Origin: Octopus sinensis
Taxonomy: Eukaryota
NCBI RefSeq assembly: GCF_006345805.1
Contig: NC_043015.1
Span: 37,510,001 to 37,574,000 of the forward strand
DNA length: 64,000 nt
Reading direction: 5' to 3'
Below, piece after piece: positions 13,794 through 25,470 of this stretch (position 1 is the stretch's first letter; every line of letters starts with the position of its first letter). The translations under genes were made by a program, and so were the position numbers. The notes below the pieces were generated by a model. It worked only from the letters and a program-made list of their open reading frames with translations. It was not told the DNA's origin and searched no databases.

Positions 13794-16220
13794 TTACATA
13801 GAGAGTATTTTGCGTAGGATATGAGCAGTTCCCATGAGCACTATCTTTTGAACTTCTGCCATTTTTGGGTTTCCTGGTATCTGAGTTAGGTAGCTATCAG
13901 CCCCTTTTGCTATCATTCCCAGGGCACCTATGACAACAGGTATTGTTTTAGTCTTCAGCTTCCACATTTTGCTGATTTCTATTTCAAGATCTTTATATTT
14001 GCTCAGTTTTTGGTAGGTCCTGACAGATACGTTTATATCGATTGGGACAGTCATATCAATGAGGAGGCATGTTCTTTGTTTGAAGTCTTTCAATATGATG
14101 TCTGGCCTATTTGCATCTATCTTCCTGTCAGTTTGAATGGTGAAGTTCCAGAGGAGTGAGATGTGGTCATTTTCAAGCACTGGGGGTGGTTTGTGTTCCC
14201 ACCAGTTTTTTTCATGGGGCAAATCCAGGTTTTTACAGATTACCCAGTGAATATATTGTGCAGCTCTATCGTGCCTGTTGAGATACTCTGTAGGCGCTAG
14301 AAGACTGCACTTGGAGACCACATGGTCAATGGTTTCATTTTGTTGCTTGCATACACGACACGTTGGACTGCTTCTGATCTTTAATATGTTGGCCTGGTAG
14401 TTTCTTGTTGGTAGGCATTGATCTTGAGCTGCTATGATAAACCCCTCTGTTTCAGATTTTAAGCCAGAGGCCATTAGCCATTGATGGGTCAGGGCTTTAT
14501 CGATATCTGCATTATTCGCTCTCTTTGGGTATTTGCCATAGAGAGGTTTTTCTTGCCATTTATTATTCAGAATATCTAAGGCCGCAGTTTTGGCACGGGT
14601 TTTCATGCGCCTAGCTTTTTCTGTGCTTGTTTCTTGTATGTCTATCTCTAATTCCGAAATTGGTTGTATTCGGAATTCACTTAGATATTCCTTTGCCTGT
14701 TTTGTGACTGAGTATGATGCTTTCTTGTTTTCATGTTTTGAGACAAGTTTTAACATCCAGTCCTCAGAGTTTTTCAGGTAGGTGTCTAGGCCAATTGTAG
14801 CAATCTTCATTGTTATTGCCAGTTGCAAAAGACCACGGCCTCCCTCTTTTCTTGGCAGATAGAGTCGTTCTGTATCTGCCTTAGGGTGGTGCATTCTATG
14901 CATTGTCAACAGTTTCCTTATTTTTCTGTCGAGCTGACATATTTCAGTAATTGACCAGTTAACAATATTGAAACTGTAAGTCACGACTGGTATAGCTAAT
15001 GCATTGATTGCTTCGATCCTGTTTCTTGCATTCAGCTCTGTCTTGAGTATTGCTCTCACTCTTCGATAGCATTCTCTCCTGATCCTTTCCTTCATCTCTG
15101 AATGCCTTATTCCGTTCCCTTCAATTACCCCTAGGTACTTGTAGCTCTCCGCTGGGTCTAGTTCTTTTATGACATTCTGTTGGTCAAGGTTAACGTTAGA
15201 TGTTTCTGTCATTTTTCCTTTGATAAAGGTAGCCTTTGCACATTTATCGAGGCCGAATTGCATTCTGATGTCGTCACTGAATTGTTTGACTATCGCTAGT
15301 AAGCCCTTGAGTTGTTGATCATTTTTTGCAAAAAGCTTTAAATCATCCATGTAAACGAGATGATTTATATTTTTATCAAACATTTTATACCCGTACTGCG
15401 CGTCATTGAGCAGCTTTGAGAGAGGTATTAAGGATAAACAAAAGAGGAGTGGTGACAGTGAGTCACCCTGGAAAATGCCACACGAAATTTTTACATCACC
15501 AGCATTTAGGGATTCACTGTCACTGTTCAGAGTTAGTGTGGTTCTCCATGATCTCATACTTACAGTCAAGAAGTTTCGCAGAGTTGGTGCTATCTTATAC
15601 ATTTCAAGGCATTTCCTAATCCAGCTATGTGGTAGGCTATCAAAAGCCTTTTTATAGTCTATCCAGGCTATTGATAAGTTTTTGTGTCGTTTGTGACAAT
15701 CTTCTAAGATCATCTTATTGATGAGTAGTTGGTCTTTACAGCCGTAGGATCCACGTTTACATCCTTTCTGTTCATTAGGGAATATGCTGCTGTCTGTTAA
15801 AAAACTATAGGTATATTCCGTCAGGACAGATGTTAGTGTTTTGTACATAGTTGTTAAGCAGGTTATGGGTCTATAGTTTTTTGGTTCATTTGTTTCTTCA
15901 CTTTTTGGAAGCAGGAATGTTAACCCATTAACTAGCCAAGGAGGCATCCTACTAGGGTGTTGCAAAACATCATTGTACAGTTCTGTTAGCAGTTCATGGC
16001 TCTCTGGGAAGGCATTCAGCCAGAAGTTAGGAATTTTATCCTTTCCTGGAGACTTCCATTTGCTTGACCTCCTGAGAGCAGATCTTATATCTTCTACCTT
16101 GACACCCTCCCACTTTTGCTCTTCTAAGGGGTCCAGTTCTGTAGATATTCTGTCAATCCAGGGGGCCTTTTCGTTGTGTGTTTTTTCTTCTGCCCAGATT
16201 TTATTCCAAAATCTCTGCAC
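13794..16220 (-). CDS. Reverse transcriptase / CCHC / restriction-like endonuclease polyprotein, C-terminal 808 aa
   Basis: Motifs WKSPGKDKIPNFWL, NYRPITCL, QKGCKRGSYGCKDQLL, AWIDYKKAFDS, GIFQGDSLSPLLFC, YMDD (15342-15353), CRVCKQQNETIDHVVSKC, RHD, RPDIILKD..LIDMTVP..KLSKY. Confidence 0.95.
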   Translation of the reverse strand: MQRFWNKIWAEEKTHNEKAPWIDRISTELDPLEEQKWEGVKVEDIRSALRRSSKWKSPGKDKIPNFWLNAFPESHELLTELYNDVLQHPSRMPPWLVNGLTFLLPKSEETNEPKNYRPITCLTTMYKTLTSVLTEYTYSFLTDSSIFPNEQKGCKRGSYGCKDQLLINKMILEDCHKRHKNLSIAWIDYKKAFDSLPHSWIRKCLEMYKIAPTLRNFLTVSMRSWRTTLTLNSDSESLNAGDVKISCGIFQGDSLSPLLFCLSLIPLSKLLNDAQYGYKMFDKNINHLVYMDDLKLFAKNDQQLKGLLAIVKQFSDDIRMQFGLDKCAKATFIKGKMTETSNVNLDQQNVIKELDPAESYKYLGVIEGNGIRHSEMKERIRRECYRRVRAILKTELNARNRIEAINALAIPVVTYSFNIVNWSITEICQLDRKIRKLLTMHRMHHPKADTERLYLPRKEGGRGLLQLAITMKIATIGLDTYLKNSEDWMLKLVSKHENKKASYSVTKQAKEYLSEFRIQPISELEIDIQETSTEKARRMKTRAKTAALDILNNKWQEKPLYGKYPKRANNADIDKALTHQWLMASGLKSETEGFIIAAQDQCLPTRNYQANILKIRSSPTCRVCKQQNETIDHVVSKCSLLAPTEYLNRHDRAAQYIHWVICKNLDLPHEKNWWEHKPPPVLENDHISLLWNFTIQTDRKIDANRPDIILKDFKQRTCLLIDMTVPIDINVSVRTYQKLSKYKDLEIEISKMWKLKTKTIPVVIGALGMIAKGADSYLTQIPGNPKMAEVQKIVLMGTAHILRKILSM

Positions 16221-16262
16221 TTCTTCTTTTGATGGTACAGACCTGCAGTAAACGCTGTTTTT

Positions 16263-17158
16263 CCTATCTTCCTGTAAAAATTCTTGGTGTTATTTTTGAA
16301 CATGTTGTTGTCCTTGAAAAATCTAACACGCTTTTCATACCTCGCTATGCGGGCAGCTTTGGCAGATACCTTTTGTTTGATGGTTTCTATGGTGGCATCA
16401 ATATCAAGTATAGTTTTCATATTGTATTTTTTCAGTAATTTTTGGGTTTTTGTAGGTTTGGTAGTCTTGTGAGCCTTAAGGTTTTTCAAATATTCAATGT
16501 CAGATCTAAATACTTTAATTTGTTGTTGCAGACGCTCTTGCCAAGAAGGCTTTTTGTGGGACTGTTGCCGTTTTCTAATCTTTACACCACATAGGATCGT
16601 TGAGATTTTCGCGGATGCATAGTATAGGTGGTTGAGGTTTGTGATATCAACATCATTAACTGAAATTATATCCTTAAGTGCAAGCCGGATTTTACCAATT
16701 ATTTTCATGTTTTGGTTAGAGTTGCGGATTTTAGGAAGTGTATCACGCTCATCCATGCTGGTTTCTTTAATTTTCAGCCATTCAATCATGATTTGATTTT
16801 TTAGCTCATGTAGTTCTGTTGGGTCAATATTTGTGTGACTTTCTTTATCTATTTGATGCTCATCTGTCTTAGTGTTTATGATTGGTTCAGGGCGTATTTC
16901 ACTTTGCCTATCACTTATACTAACTCTTTCAATCCTCTCTTCGTTTTTATCCGCCCTGGGCTGGTCTATAATCATTTCCTCTGTATTATCTTCTCTAGCT
17001 GCAGCTTCGTTCATTTTATCCGATATTGCTTGTCTAACCTGATCAATCTCTACTTCAGTCAGTAATTTCTTTTTTATAATGTTTCTTCTAAGATTGGCAA
17101 GCTTGTTACTGTCTATGTAGGGTCTTACTTCAGGGTGTTTCTGTCTCCAGTTTAAGTA

Positions 17159-17160
<2 letters not shown>
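16263..17160 (-). CDS. N-terminal part of the same ORF, upstream of a 1-bp frameshift
   Basis: Open frame TYLNWRQKHPEVRPYIDSNKLANLRRNII..KPSWQERLQQQI..RIARYEKRVRFFKDNNMFKNNTKNFYRKIGK. Adding one A to the A5 run (T5 at 16258-16262) joins it in frame to ..NSVYCRSVPSKEEVQRFWNKIW. Confidence 0.85.
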
Positions 17161-17239
<79 letters not shown>

Positions 17240-17263
17240 CATCATTATTATTATTATTATTAT
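17161..17263. repeat. (TTA)n tract at the 5' junction of element A
   Basis: Directly visible. Confidence 0.95.
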
Positions 17264-17264
17264 A

Positions 17265-17676
17265 TGAAAACTCACGGCTTATTTTGATGGGTGTGATGGA
17301 AAGTGTCAGCTGTCCACAGCCAGCAGACTAAGGTGACACCTGTTGACTGGTCATGCTTCAAGAACCCTGCGAAGAATTCTTGCAGTTCCAGGCAATGCTG
17401 ACTTTTTTGTAGGTGTTCTACCTTCACACTTGCACCGATCTTTTTCAGTCATGTTGGTATTTGAGTGCTGATACTTCCAAGTGTGACCACAACCTTCGTA
17501 TTTTCCACTTTAAATCGTCATAATTGTTTAATTTTTCTTCATCTTTCACATTAATCCTGTTGTCACCGGGGCATGCTATGTTGATTAGTATGTATGTTCT
17601 TTCTTTTTTATTCACCACAACAATGTCTGGTGTCCCTTCGTCTGGTCAGGTGATCACACTGCATCATTATATCCCA
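17265..17676 (-). pseudogene. R4/Dong-clade fragment B2 (RLE domain and 3'UTR)
   Basis: Translates with frameshifts as WDIMMQCDHLTRR/PDIVVVNKKERTYILINIACPGDNRINVKDEEKLNNYDDLKWKIRRLW/VTLGSIS..EHL/KSALPGTARILRRVLEA*. The 3'UTR ends at (TAA)n. Confidence 0.85.
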
Positions 17677-17905
17677 CTCCGCCTCAACCGTAGACAGCGG
17701 TATTCTGTAACTGTCTTGGCGTTCACACCTCTTGCAAACTGACCGTACATTTCTTTTTTCCTTCCATGCTTTTTCTTTTGCTTTTTTGTTAATTTATTAT
17801 TTAAATTTTCCTTTAGTTACACAATTTTCGGTTTTCATTTCGCCGGCCTTCCCCGTGTGTTTCAACAGTGGCTCCACGGTATTTTTATATACCATCCTAG
17901 GCTGT

Positions 17906-17951
<46 letters not shown>

Positions 17952-17973
17952 TATTATTATTATTATTATTATT

Positions 17974-18079
17974 GCCTTTGCACAGCTTCTAACGCTGGAG
18001 ATGTACTACAGAATCAGCTGTTCACCACCGGTGAACTAAGGTAACACCCCTTTAATTTTCGAGTGCCTTCCGGAGTATT
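17974..18079 (-). mobile_element. Very short 5'-truncated R4/Dong 3' end (C)
   Basis: Encodes ILRK ALEN* (ORF end). Its 3'UTR shares TCAGCTGT.CAC..CC.G...ACTAAGGT.ACACC (plus-strand reading) with B2. (TAA)n on both sides. Confidence 0.7.
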
Positions 18080-18100
18080 ATTGTTATTATCATCATCATC

Positions 18101-18155
<55 letters not shown>

Positions 18156-18872
18156 TATTAGCATTGTTGTTGTTGTTGTTGTTATTGTTACTATTATTAT
18201 CGTTATTTTTATTTAAATATTTCCTTTCAGTTTCAGTATATATATATACACGCATGTATATAAATGTATTTATGTTATATGTTTATATATACATACGTGG
18301 ATACTTAGCAGAAAAAGCAGGAGAACTAAAACGCAATACGTGAATATATATACGTAGTTATTGTATTACATTTCATAGTCAAAACGTCAAATAAGTGAGT
18401 TCAATACCTGTCACCTATCAAATTTGATAATAAGAGAAAAATAAAAAAAAATACACACTCTCTCTCATGTTCCCTCTCCCACAGTGCTTCACACAAACAC
18501 GTATATATACATATATATATATACACATATATATACACTCTCCCTAAATTACGTACCAAAAATGAGACCAACATGGTTATTATATGGAATTTTTTCTTTA
18601 AAATCGCCATTGTTATATACGATGTAAAGCAACATGACATCAGTTGCACTTCTTGTAATATCAGCGTACATTGATCAACACACGTGTTGGTAGCAGTTAT
18701 ATATATTATATTATTATTATATTATTATTTATTTGTCTTATTGCTGTGTTTGCTTTTCCTTGTAAGTCATGATATCATTTTTCTTGTATACATTTTAGTT
18801 CTTAACATGTTTTGACTCTAATTAAACCGCGTTCAGACATAACGTAGAAATATGAAAATTGTTTTGATATTG

Positions 18873-18923
<51 letters not shown>

Positions 18924-20100
18924 GTTATTATTATTGTTATTAATACTATCAATATTGTTGTTGTTGTTGATGTTGTTATTTAAATATTTCCTTTCAGTTT
19001 CATTCTCTTTACAACACATTTTCAACACTGTAAAACTATTTCATATTTCAACTCCGCTAAAATCTTATTTTTATACATTATTTGCAAGAATCAATTTGCT
19101 TTAGTTTGCAAAAATCTTGACATGTATAAATCTTTCCGACATGTTTGTTTACACTGTGTTGTCTTTTCCTATATTTTTTCTTAATAGTATTTTTATGACT
19201 TTTTTTTTTACCAAAGTCAAACTTGCTTTGATATTACATTAGTTTCTAGAACTCAATCTTTATAGCACCGAGTTTTCACATTCAACAATGTTTTTTTTTT
19301 TACATTAATTTAATTCTAACCTCTGTTTGATCAGATTATTGATATTATATTTTAGTTTTATATTCTTCAGATTTTAAAATATTATGTTTAGAGATTTAAG
19401 TTTATTTCATTTTTATTCAGACATCCAGTGTCAAGAATGAAAGCATAATACTCGGGATTTAAAATGATCCTGGACAAAATACCACTGTGAGTGGTAACAA
19501 CAAACGTAGAGGCAATAGTGCCTGAAGAATGCCCTCGTTTACCATTTGAGAAAATATAGAAAGAGTTGCTGTACATAGGAATTGTATATATTTCCCTTTC
19601 GTTGCAAAGAGCTAGCGTTTGATTTTCTGAGGTTTCGTGATGTCTTATATGGTAAAACGAATCAAGAACAATCTCTTCAACCGTTTCATCAATCATCAAC
19701 GAAACGTATTAAATACTGATAAATCTTTTTTTTCAAATCACTTAAAATATTGCAGAGCATTGCAGTGGAGACGCTGTCGATGATTTAGCAAAATTTGCAT
19801 TCATATCATTTTCTCTATTATTTCTTTTGTCATTTTCACAATCTCTGAGCTTTGTTCTTACGTGTCAAGTAGATTTCACAAGCGAGTGAAAGCGGCATTA
19901 CAAGTATTATAAGCCAAACAAAGTTTCCAAGCTGCAAGAAACGTATTATCGGAGTATTCAGTGCGTACACACACGTCCGCGCGTACTTAAAAACGCACAC
20001 ATATATGCACAGACACAGAAGCACAAACACACACATACATACACATACATACACACACTCACACGTGCATATATCTATATGTATATATATATATACGCTC

Positions 20101-20515
20101 TTTACTCTTTTGCTCTTTTATTTCTTTCAGTCATTTGACTTCGGCCATGCTGGAGCACCACCTTTAGTCGAGTAAATCAACCCCAGGACTTATTTTTTAA
20201 GCTTAGTACTTATTCTATTGGTCTGTTTTGCCGAACCGCTAAGTTACGGTGACGTAAAAATACCAGCATCTGTTGTGTAGCGATGTTGGCGGAAAAACAC
20301 AGACACACAAACACAAACACACATATATATACATATACATATACATATATATGACGGGCTTCTTTCCGCTTCCGCCTACCAAATCCACTCACAAGGCTTT
20401 GGTCGGGCCGAGGTTATAGTAGAAGACACTTGCCCAAGGTGCCACGCAGTGGGACTGAACTCGGAAACATGTGGATGGAATGCAAGCTATTTACCACACA
20501 GACACTCCTGCGCCT
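20101..20515 (-). mobile_element. S1 SINE, full length
   Basis: Head AGGCGCAGGAGTGTCTGTGTGGTAAAT through tail GCTCCAGCATGGCCGAAGTCAAATGACTGAAAG, with internal (TA/CA)n. Confidence 0.9.
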
Positions 20516-20517
20516 AT

Positions 20518-20550
<33 letters not shown>

Positions 20551-20911
20551 ATTAATAATCGGGGTAATGAAGATTTTAGAAATATTTACTATTTGTGGCC
20601 TAGCGTATAGAAAAATTAGTCAATAGACTATATATTATTCACAGACAATACTGTGTACATTTAATCACAATAAAAGGTTTCCATCATAGCAATCCTTTAC
20701 GCTAGAAAGAACAACTAAAGTCCAAAACACTAATTAGGGATAAATTCTCGAAGGGACTAAAAAATAAAAACAATTACTATCTATTTCCTGGACCATGGTT
20801 TCTGACTTATTTTAGCAAATAAAGTAATTTAGTAGGCGAAGTCTTCTTCAACAGTTACGCCCAGTTTAAACTTATAAACACGAGGCCAATCCAGCATGTG
20901 CCTCTCGCTTA

Positions 20912-21326
20912 TACTCTATTTTCTCTTTTTTACTTGTTTCAGTCATTTGACTGTGGCCATGCTAGATCACCGCCTTTAGTCGAGCAAATTGACCCCGGGA
21001 CTTATTCTTTGGAAGCCTAGTACTTATTCCATCGGTCTCTTTTGCCGAACCGCTAAGTTACGGGGATGTAAACACACCAGCATCGGTTGTCAAGCGTTGT
21101 TGGGAGGAAAAATGCAGACACACAAACACACACATACATACATATATATATATACATACATACGACGGGCTTCTTTCAGTTTCCATCTACCAAATCCACT
21201 CACAAGGCTTTGGTCGACCCGAGGCTATAGTAGGAGACATTTGCCCAAGGTGCCACGCAGTGGGACTGAACCCGGGACCATGTGGTTGGTAAGTAAGCTA
21301 CTTACCACACAGCCACTCCTACGCCT
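20912..21326 (-). mobile_element. S1 SINE, full length, young
   Basis: Head AGGCGTAGGAGTGGCTGTGTGGTAAGTAGCTTACTTACCAACCACATGGTCCCGGGTTCAGTCCCACTGCGTGG and a complete tail. Confidence 0.9.
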
Positions 21327-22197
21327 AAATTATACATTTTAGCATTTTCAAATCCACCGCGCAAGCGCAGTTTTTTTTTTCGGCAGTAAAATGATGCCGG
21401 CAATTTCATCGAACGAATCTTCCAGAAAGCATTATACATAATTAATAATTAGGTTAATAAAGTGGATGTGTGTGCGCGCGCGGGCGCGTTCATGTGTGTG
21501 TTTTTGTGTGTGTATGCATGTATACATGTGTATATATACATATATGCATGTAATTATATATGTATGTTTGTATGTATGTATGTTTGTGTATATACCGATG
21601 TAAGTACGTTTATGTGTTTCGATAAAGAACCTTAGGGAATCGGAATTGATGCAACTGCGCCATTTCCATTCTCTTACGATTAACATTGCAGATATTCACG
21701 ATCGTTCATCTGCCATCAACTTCAAGGAATTTGTCGATCGCCATATTGACATTTGGGATGTAAAAGAACAATTTGTTTCTGCGAATTTCAATAGTAATTA
21801 CTGCTTCAATTTCTGCCAGCTTTGTTCCAAGAAATAGTATTGGAATATTTATTCCCGAAGAAATAAAAAGAAACGGCGGACAGCAAAAGGAGAAAAAAGT
21901 TTCCTAGAATCTTGTTTTAGTTTTCGTTTGGGGCTGTTGCATTCCTCATTAATTCCACTAAAGACTTCACAAGGCTCTTCCATACCTTCGCCGCTTTAAG
22001 CTGGAACATATGTTGTCATAATAAGTAAGATTATATTATGTGTAACATCGTTCTCTTTCGACTTAAAGCAGTGAAATTGGAATTCGGACGCGACAATATT
22101 TTTTGTAAAACCATTGATAAACAACGGAACCGCATGAGGGTCATAATCTATTAATGATATTGCATTTGACCATTTGCTTTTAATATTAATCATAATA

Positions 22198-22410
22198 AAA
22201 GCGGCGAGCTGGAAGAATCACAGGCACACTGAGTAGAATGCTTAATGCTATTTCGTCCATCTTTACGTTTTAAGTTCAAATTCTGCAACAGTCGAATTTG
22301 CTTTTCATTCCTTCGGGGTCCATAAAATGTACCAGTTGATCTCTGGCGTTGATTTAATCGACTTGACTCTTACTCTCAAATAGCTGATCTTGTGCAAAAG
22401 TTTGAAACCA
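22198..22410 (+). mobile_element. S2 SINE
   Basis: AAAGCGGCGAGCTGGAAGAATC..AAGTTCAAATTCTGC..TTTGCTTTTCATTCCTTCGGGGTC..TTTGAAACCA. Confidence 0.8.
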
Positions 22411-22529
22411 ACGTTAGTCTTAATCTTACTATAAAGCGGCGAGCAGGCAGAATTGATGTGGAGCCGGACAATATCTTTAGCGACTGTTCAAAATATTTAT
22501 TTATTTATTTATTTATGCGCGCGCGAGTG

Positions 22530-22712
22530 TGTGTCTGTTTGAGTGTGTCTCTCTCCACCACTGCTTGACAGCCGATGTTGGTGTGTTTACATCCCCGTAC
22601 ATTAGATGATTGGCAAAGAGAAACACTTAGAATAAGTACTCGGCTTTAAAAAAAATAGTAAATATTAGCATCGAATGATTGGACTAAAAGTTCTTCGAGG
22701 CAGTGTCCCAGA
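22530..22712 (+). mobile_element. S1 SINE 3' half
   Basis: CTGCTTGACAGCCGATGTTGGTGTGTTTACATCCCCGTAC..AGAATAAGTACT..GGCAGTGTCCCAG. Confidence 0.65.
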
Positions 22713-23754
22713 AAGACAAAGACAAATAAAAGTTAGAATAACTTTTCGGATGGGATCTTGTAATTCTATTACGATTCTCTTTTGTCTTCTCTCTCTTTGA
22801 CTCGCCATTTAACGAGGCATTGACTTCCGAGACTCCTTGCAAAATTTCTGAACCATAACTTCACATTCACACTTGAAACGCAAACATTGGCGTATTTCGT
22901 TTCCTCTCAGGAACGATTGTATCTATCTTTCTATGGCTAATTGGTAGAATGAATTTTGTTTTTGCCAAGACCAGGCTCTGTTATGTAATCCTTTATATGT
23001 GAAAGTCTCGAAATACATTGGGCAATATATCCTTCCTTGTTGGAAAATTTTGGCTGCAATTTCTAGTAGGCCAAACACACTCGCAGAGGAGCTTTCACTG
23101 GCTTCGAACCTACTATTTGAAACTTTATACTCGACTGGTTAAACCATTTTCGATAAGCCACGATCCTTAACTTTTATGTAGAAACTTGTAAATATTTCCA
23201 AGATTTTATATATATTTTAATTTTTTGTTTCTTAGTGGATGTCATGTACAGAGAAACATATGAAAATCTATATAAGCTGTTTCACATGCACAAATAAGAT
23301 TTCCATAGGAGATTGGTGATGTATGAATACGGAGAACATCAAACGGTACAACATCATACATATTTCACAAATATCGGAAGATCATTGTAAACGTAGATTC
23401 CCCAATACACAAACTCTTGGGGAATAACTAATCAAAGAAAATCATTATAACATATTTGACATAATCTAAATACTGAGTATTGATGTCCAGCATATATTAT
23501 ATCGACTCTATATTTTCTATATGTTCGATTTTTACAGCCAACTTTATGAGAACTACAGAGTAACATTTAAGAAGATGAGCTGCCCGTGGTTTGTTTCATG
23601 CCCTTAGTTCTATGCTCTAAATACACACATACACACATATAAAGGTCATATTTTCTGTAGTAAAATATATCATGGATAGCGGCTATCGTTATTGTATACC
23701 CTTGTAAACTTGTGACATAAAAGCGATTTACGCTCACTTTTATCCTCGGTATGC

Positions 23755-23793
23755 TGACGTCAAACGAGAATAACCAATCACACGGCCCAATGA
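23755..23793 (+). promoter_or_regulatory. CRE palindrome plus two CCAAT boxes
   Basis: TGACGTCA at 23755-23762, AACCAATCA at 23772-23780 and GCCCAATGA at 23785-23793. Motif match only. Confidence 0.3.
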
Positions 23794-24682
23794 AGGAAGC
23801 GCTACAGGCTTACTGGAACTGTTATGAATTAAGTCAATGATGAAATCTGTAAATGGTCGCCGACACAGCTAGAAACACTAGCTTTTACTATTAACATTAA
23901 TTGATTAATGGAATGACACGTTAAAAATGCTGATCTGGCACGAGTTAAGGGTTTGTGGGTAAGAATTTAATCAGACAATTCTATTGATTTGTGTTTGAAC
24001 CTGCTCTGACGCAGCATGTCTCAATGTCTTCAACTTTAGCCTTCACTCTACCAAAGATTTGTGAGTAAAATCTTTCCAACCGAAATTCCGTGAAGATTCT
24101 CAGGCTGACAGTTATTTTTCTTAAAATTTACCATTTATCTGTCACCTTGTAAAATGCATTTGTCTTGTCTGTGAGAGTATTTAAAAGTCTATTCTGTTGC
24201 ATTAGACAGGATTTCTGAAGTTTGTATAACGTTCTGGCTTTTCGATATCATTCACAAAACATTTGTCACGGTTTATGATCACTGCACTTCAGTGAAAAAA
24301 TTATGGAAGGAGAAAACAATAACGAGATCATGTATTAATGTCTTGTCGGAGGTTGTTCTGAAGAGGGTTTGTTGTTCAGACTGAGATTTCGATGCCGTTG
24401 GCAGAGAATTGCTAAAAGAAAGTAGCAAAATGTGCTAATTACGTGAGTAATTGAGTCTCTATAATGAGAATTGAATAGTGAAATTATTTAAACATTTATC
24501 AGTGGCAACATATGAATGCAATACGAAATTGGAATTTACCCGTGGGTGGGAGTAAAATGAATCACTTACTGGTTAAAATGTTTATAATTATTGGGTTTTA
24601 TCATAGTGGCCTTCTTAATCACAAAGAAAGTAAATGGGTCGAATATCTGATGGATGAAATAAATGTATTTACCAATTTCTAG

Positions 24683-24850
24683 TGAAGGTGCGTGATGTAG
24701 TGGTTAGAGAGGTTCGGCCCCTAGCCTTAAAGTCGAACCTGGATCGGCCAGAGTGTTGTCTCCCTGTGCAAATCAATTTGCTGCTGTATGCTTGAGCAAG
24801 TCCCTTTGCTACCATCTACTCAGTTACAAATGAGAACCTGTTGGATACTG
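24683..24850 (+). mobile_element. Degenerate tRNA-derived CORE-like SINE (S3)
   Basis: A-box-like GTAGTGGTTAG, then CTTGAGCAAG..CCATCTACTCAGTTACAAATGAG resembling the CORE-type segment at 48750-48962. Confidence 0.5.
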
Positions 24851-24987
24851 GTGAAGGTGTCTCTCCTTCCAGTTTATATATCCTGCATATATCGCTGGTT
24901 TAAAGGTTAGGGGTCAATGAGGGCATCTATCTCTCCTTGCGGCTACGCAGGGGACTAATGCAATTAACTAAATCAGGGAATATTTCG

Positions 24988-25195
24988 GTTTCAAGTTTTC
25001 ACAAAAGGCTCAGGAAGTTCGGGGAGAGGGCATTAGTCGATTACATCGACCCCAGTGCATATCTGGTACTTATTCTATTGACCCCGAAAAGGATGAAAGG
25101 CAAACTCGACCGTGACGTAATTTCAAATCAGGACGTAAAGACGGACGAAATGCCCCTAAGCATTTCGCCCCATGTGCTGACCATTCTGCCCTCTC
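24988..25195 (-). mobile_element. S2 SINE
   Basis: GTCGATTACATCGACCCCAGTGC..GGTACTTAT..GACCCCGAAAAGGATGAAAGGCAAA is the reverse complement of the S2 body. Confidence 0.8.
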
Positions 25196-25470
25196 ACAGC
25201 TGGGAACATAGGAATAAGCTGTACAAGTTCGCAGACAACAGCTGAGTGTACTGTCTTCATTATTCGCATGACAAATATCATATTCCTGGAGAATGTGAAG
25301 ACAATATTCTTTACTCGAATTAAGACGTCTTAAAAATAACTTTGAGAGAGCATCTATAATGTCTGTTGATTTCCAAGAAATAGCAGTCAAACCTTTCTTA
25401 AATAACCCCTTACTATCCTTACGGAAGAGCCAGTTCACCTTAAGTGATTCCAATATCAGATTGCACTGTA

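Larger units (their letters stand above)
13577..17160 (-). mobile_element. R4/Dong-clade RLE non-LTR retrotransposon A, 5'-truncated, flanked by (TAA)n
   Basis: RT + CCHC + RLE ORF, a 3'UTR at 13577-13793 ending ..GTCAAACATAG-(AAT)n, and (TAA)n tracts on both sides (13551-13576 and 17161-17263). TAA targeting is established for Dong elements. Confidence 0.93.

Noticed and set aside
19388-19699. 103-aa complex-sequence ORF on the minus strand (MIDETVEEIVLDSFY..)
   Set aside because: No recognisable motif, poor start context and no flanking splice sites. Roughly one ORF of this length is expected by chance in a window this size. A BLASTP/HMM hit would reverse this.
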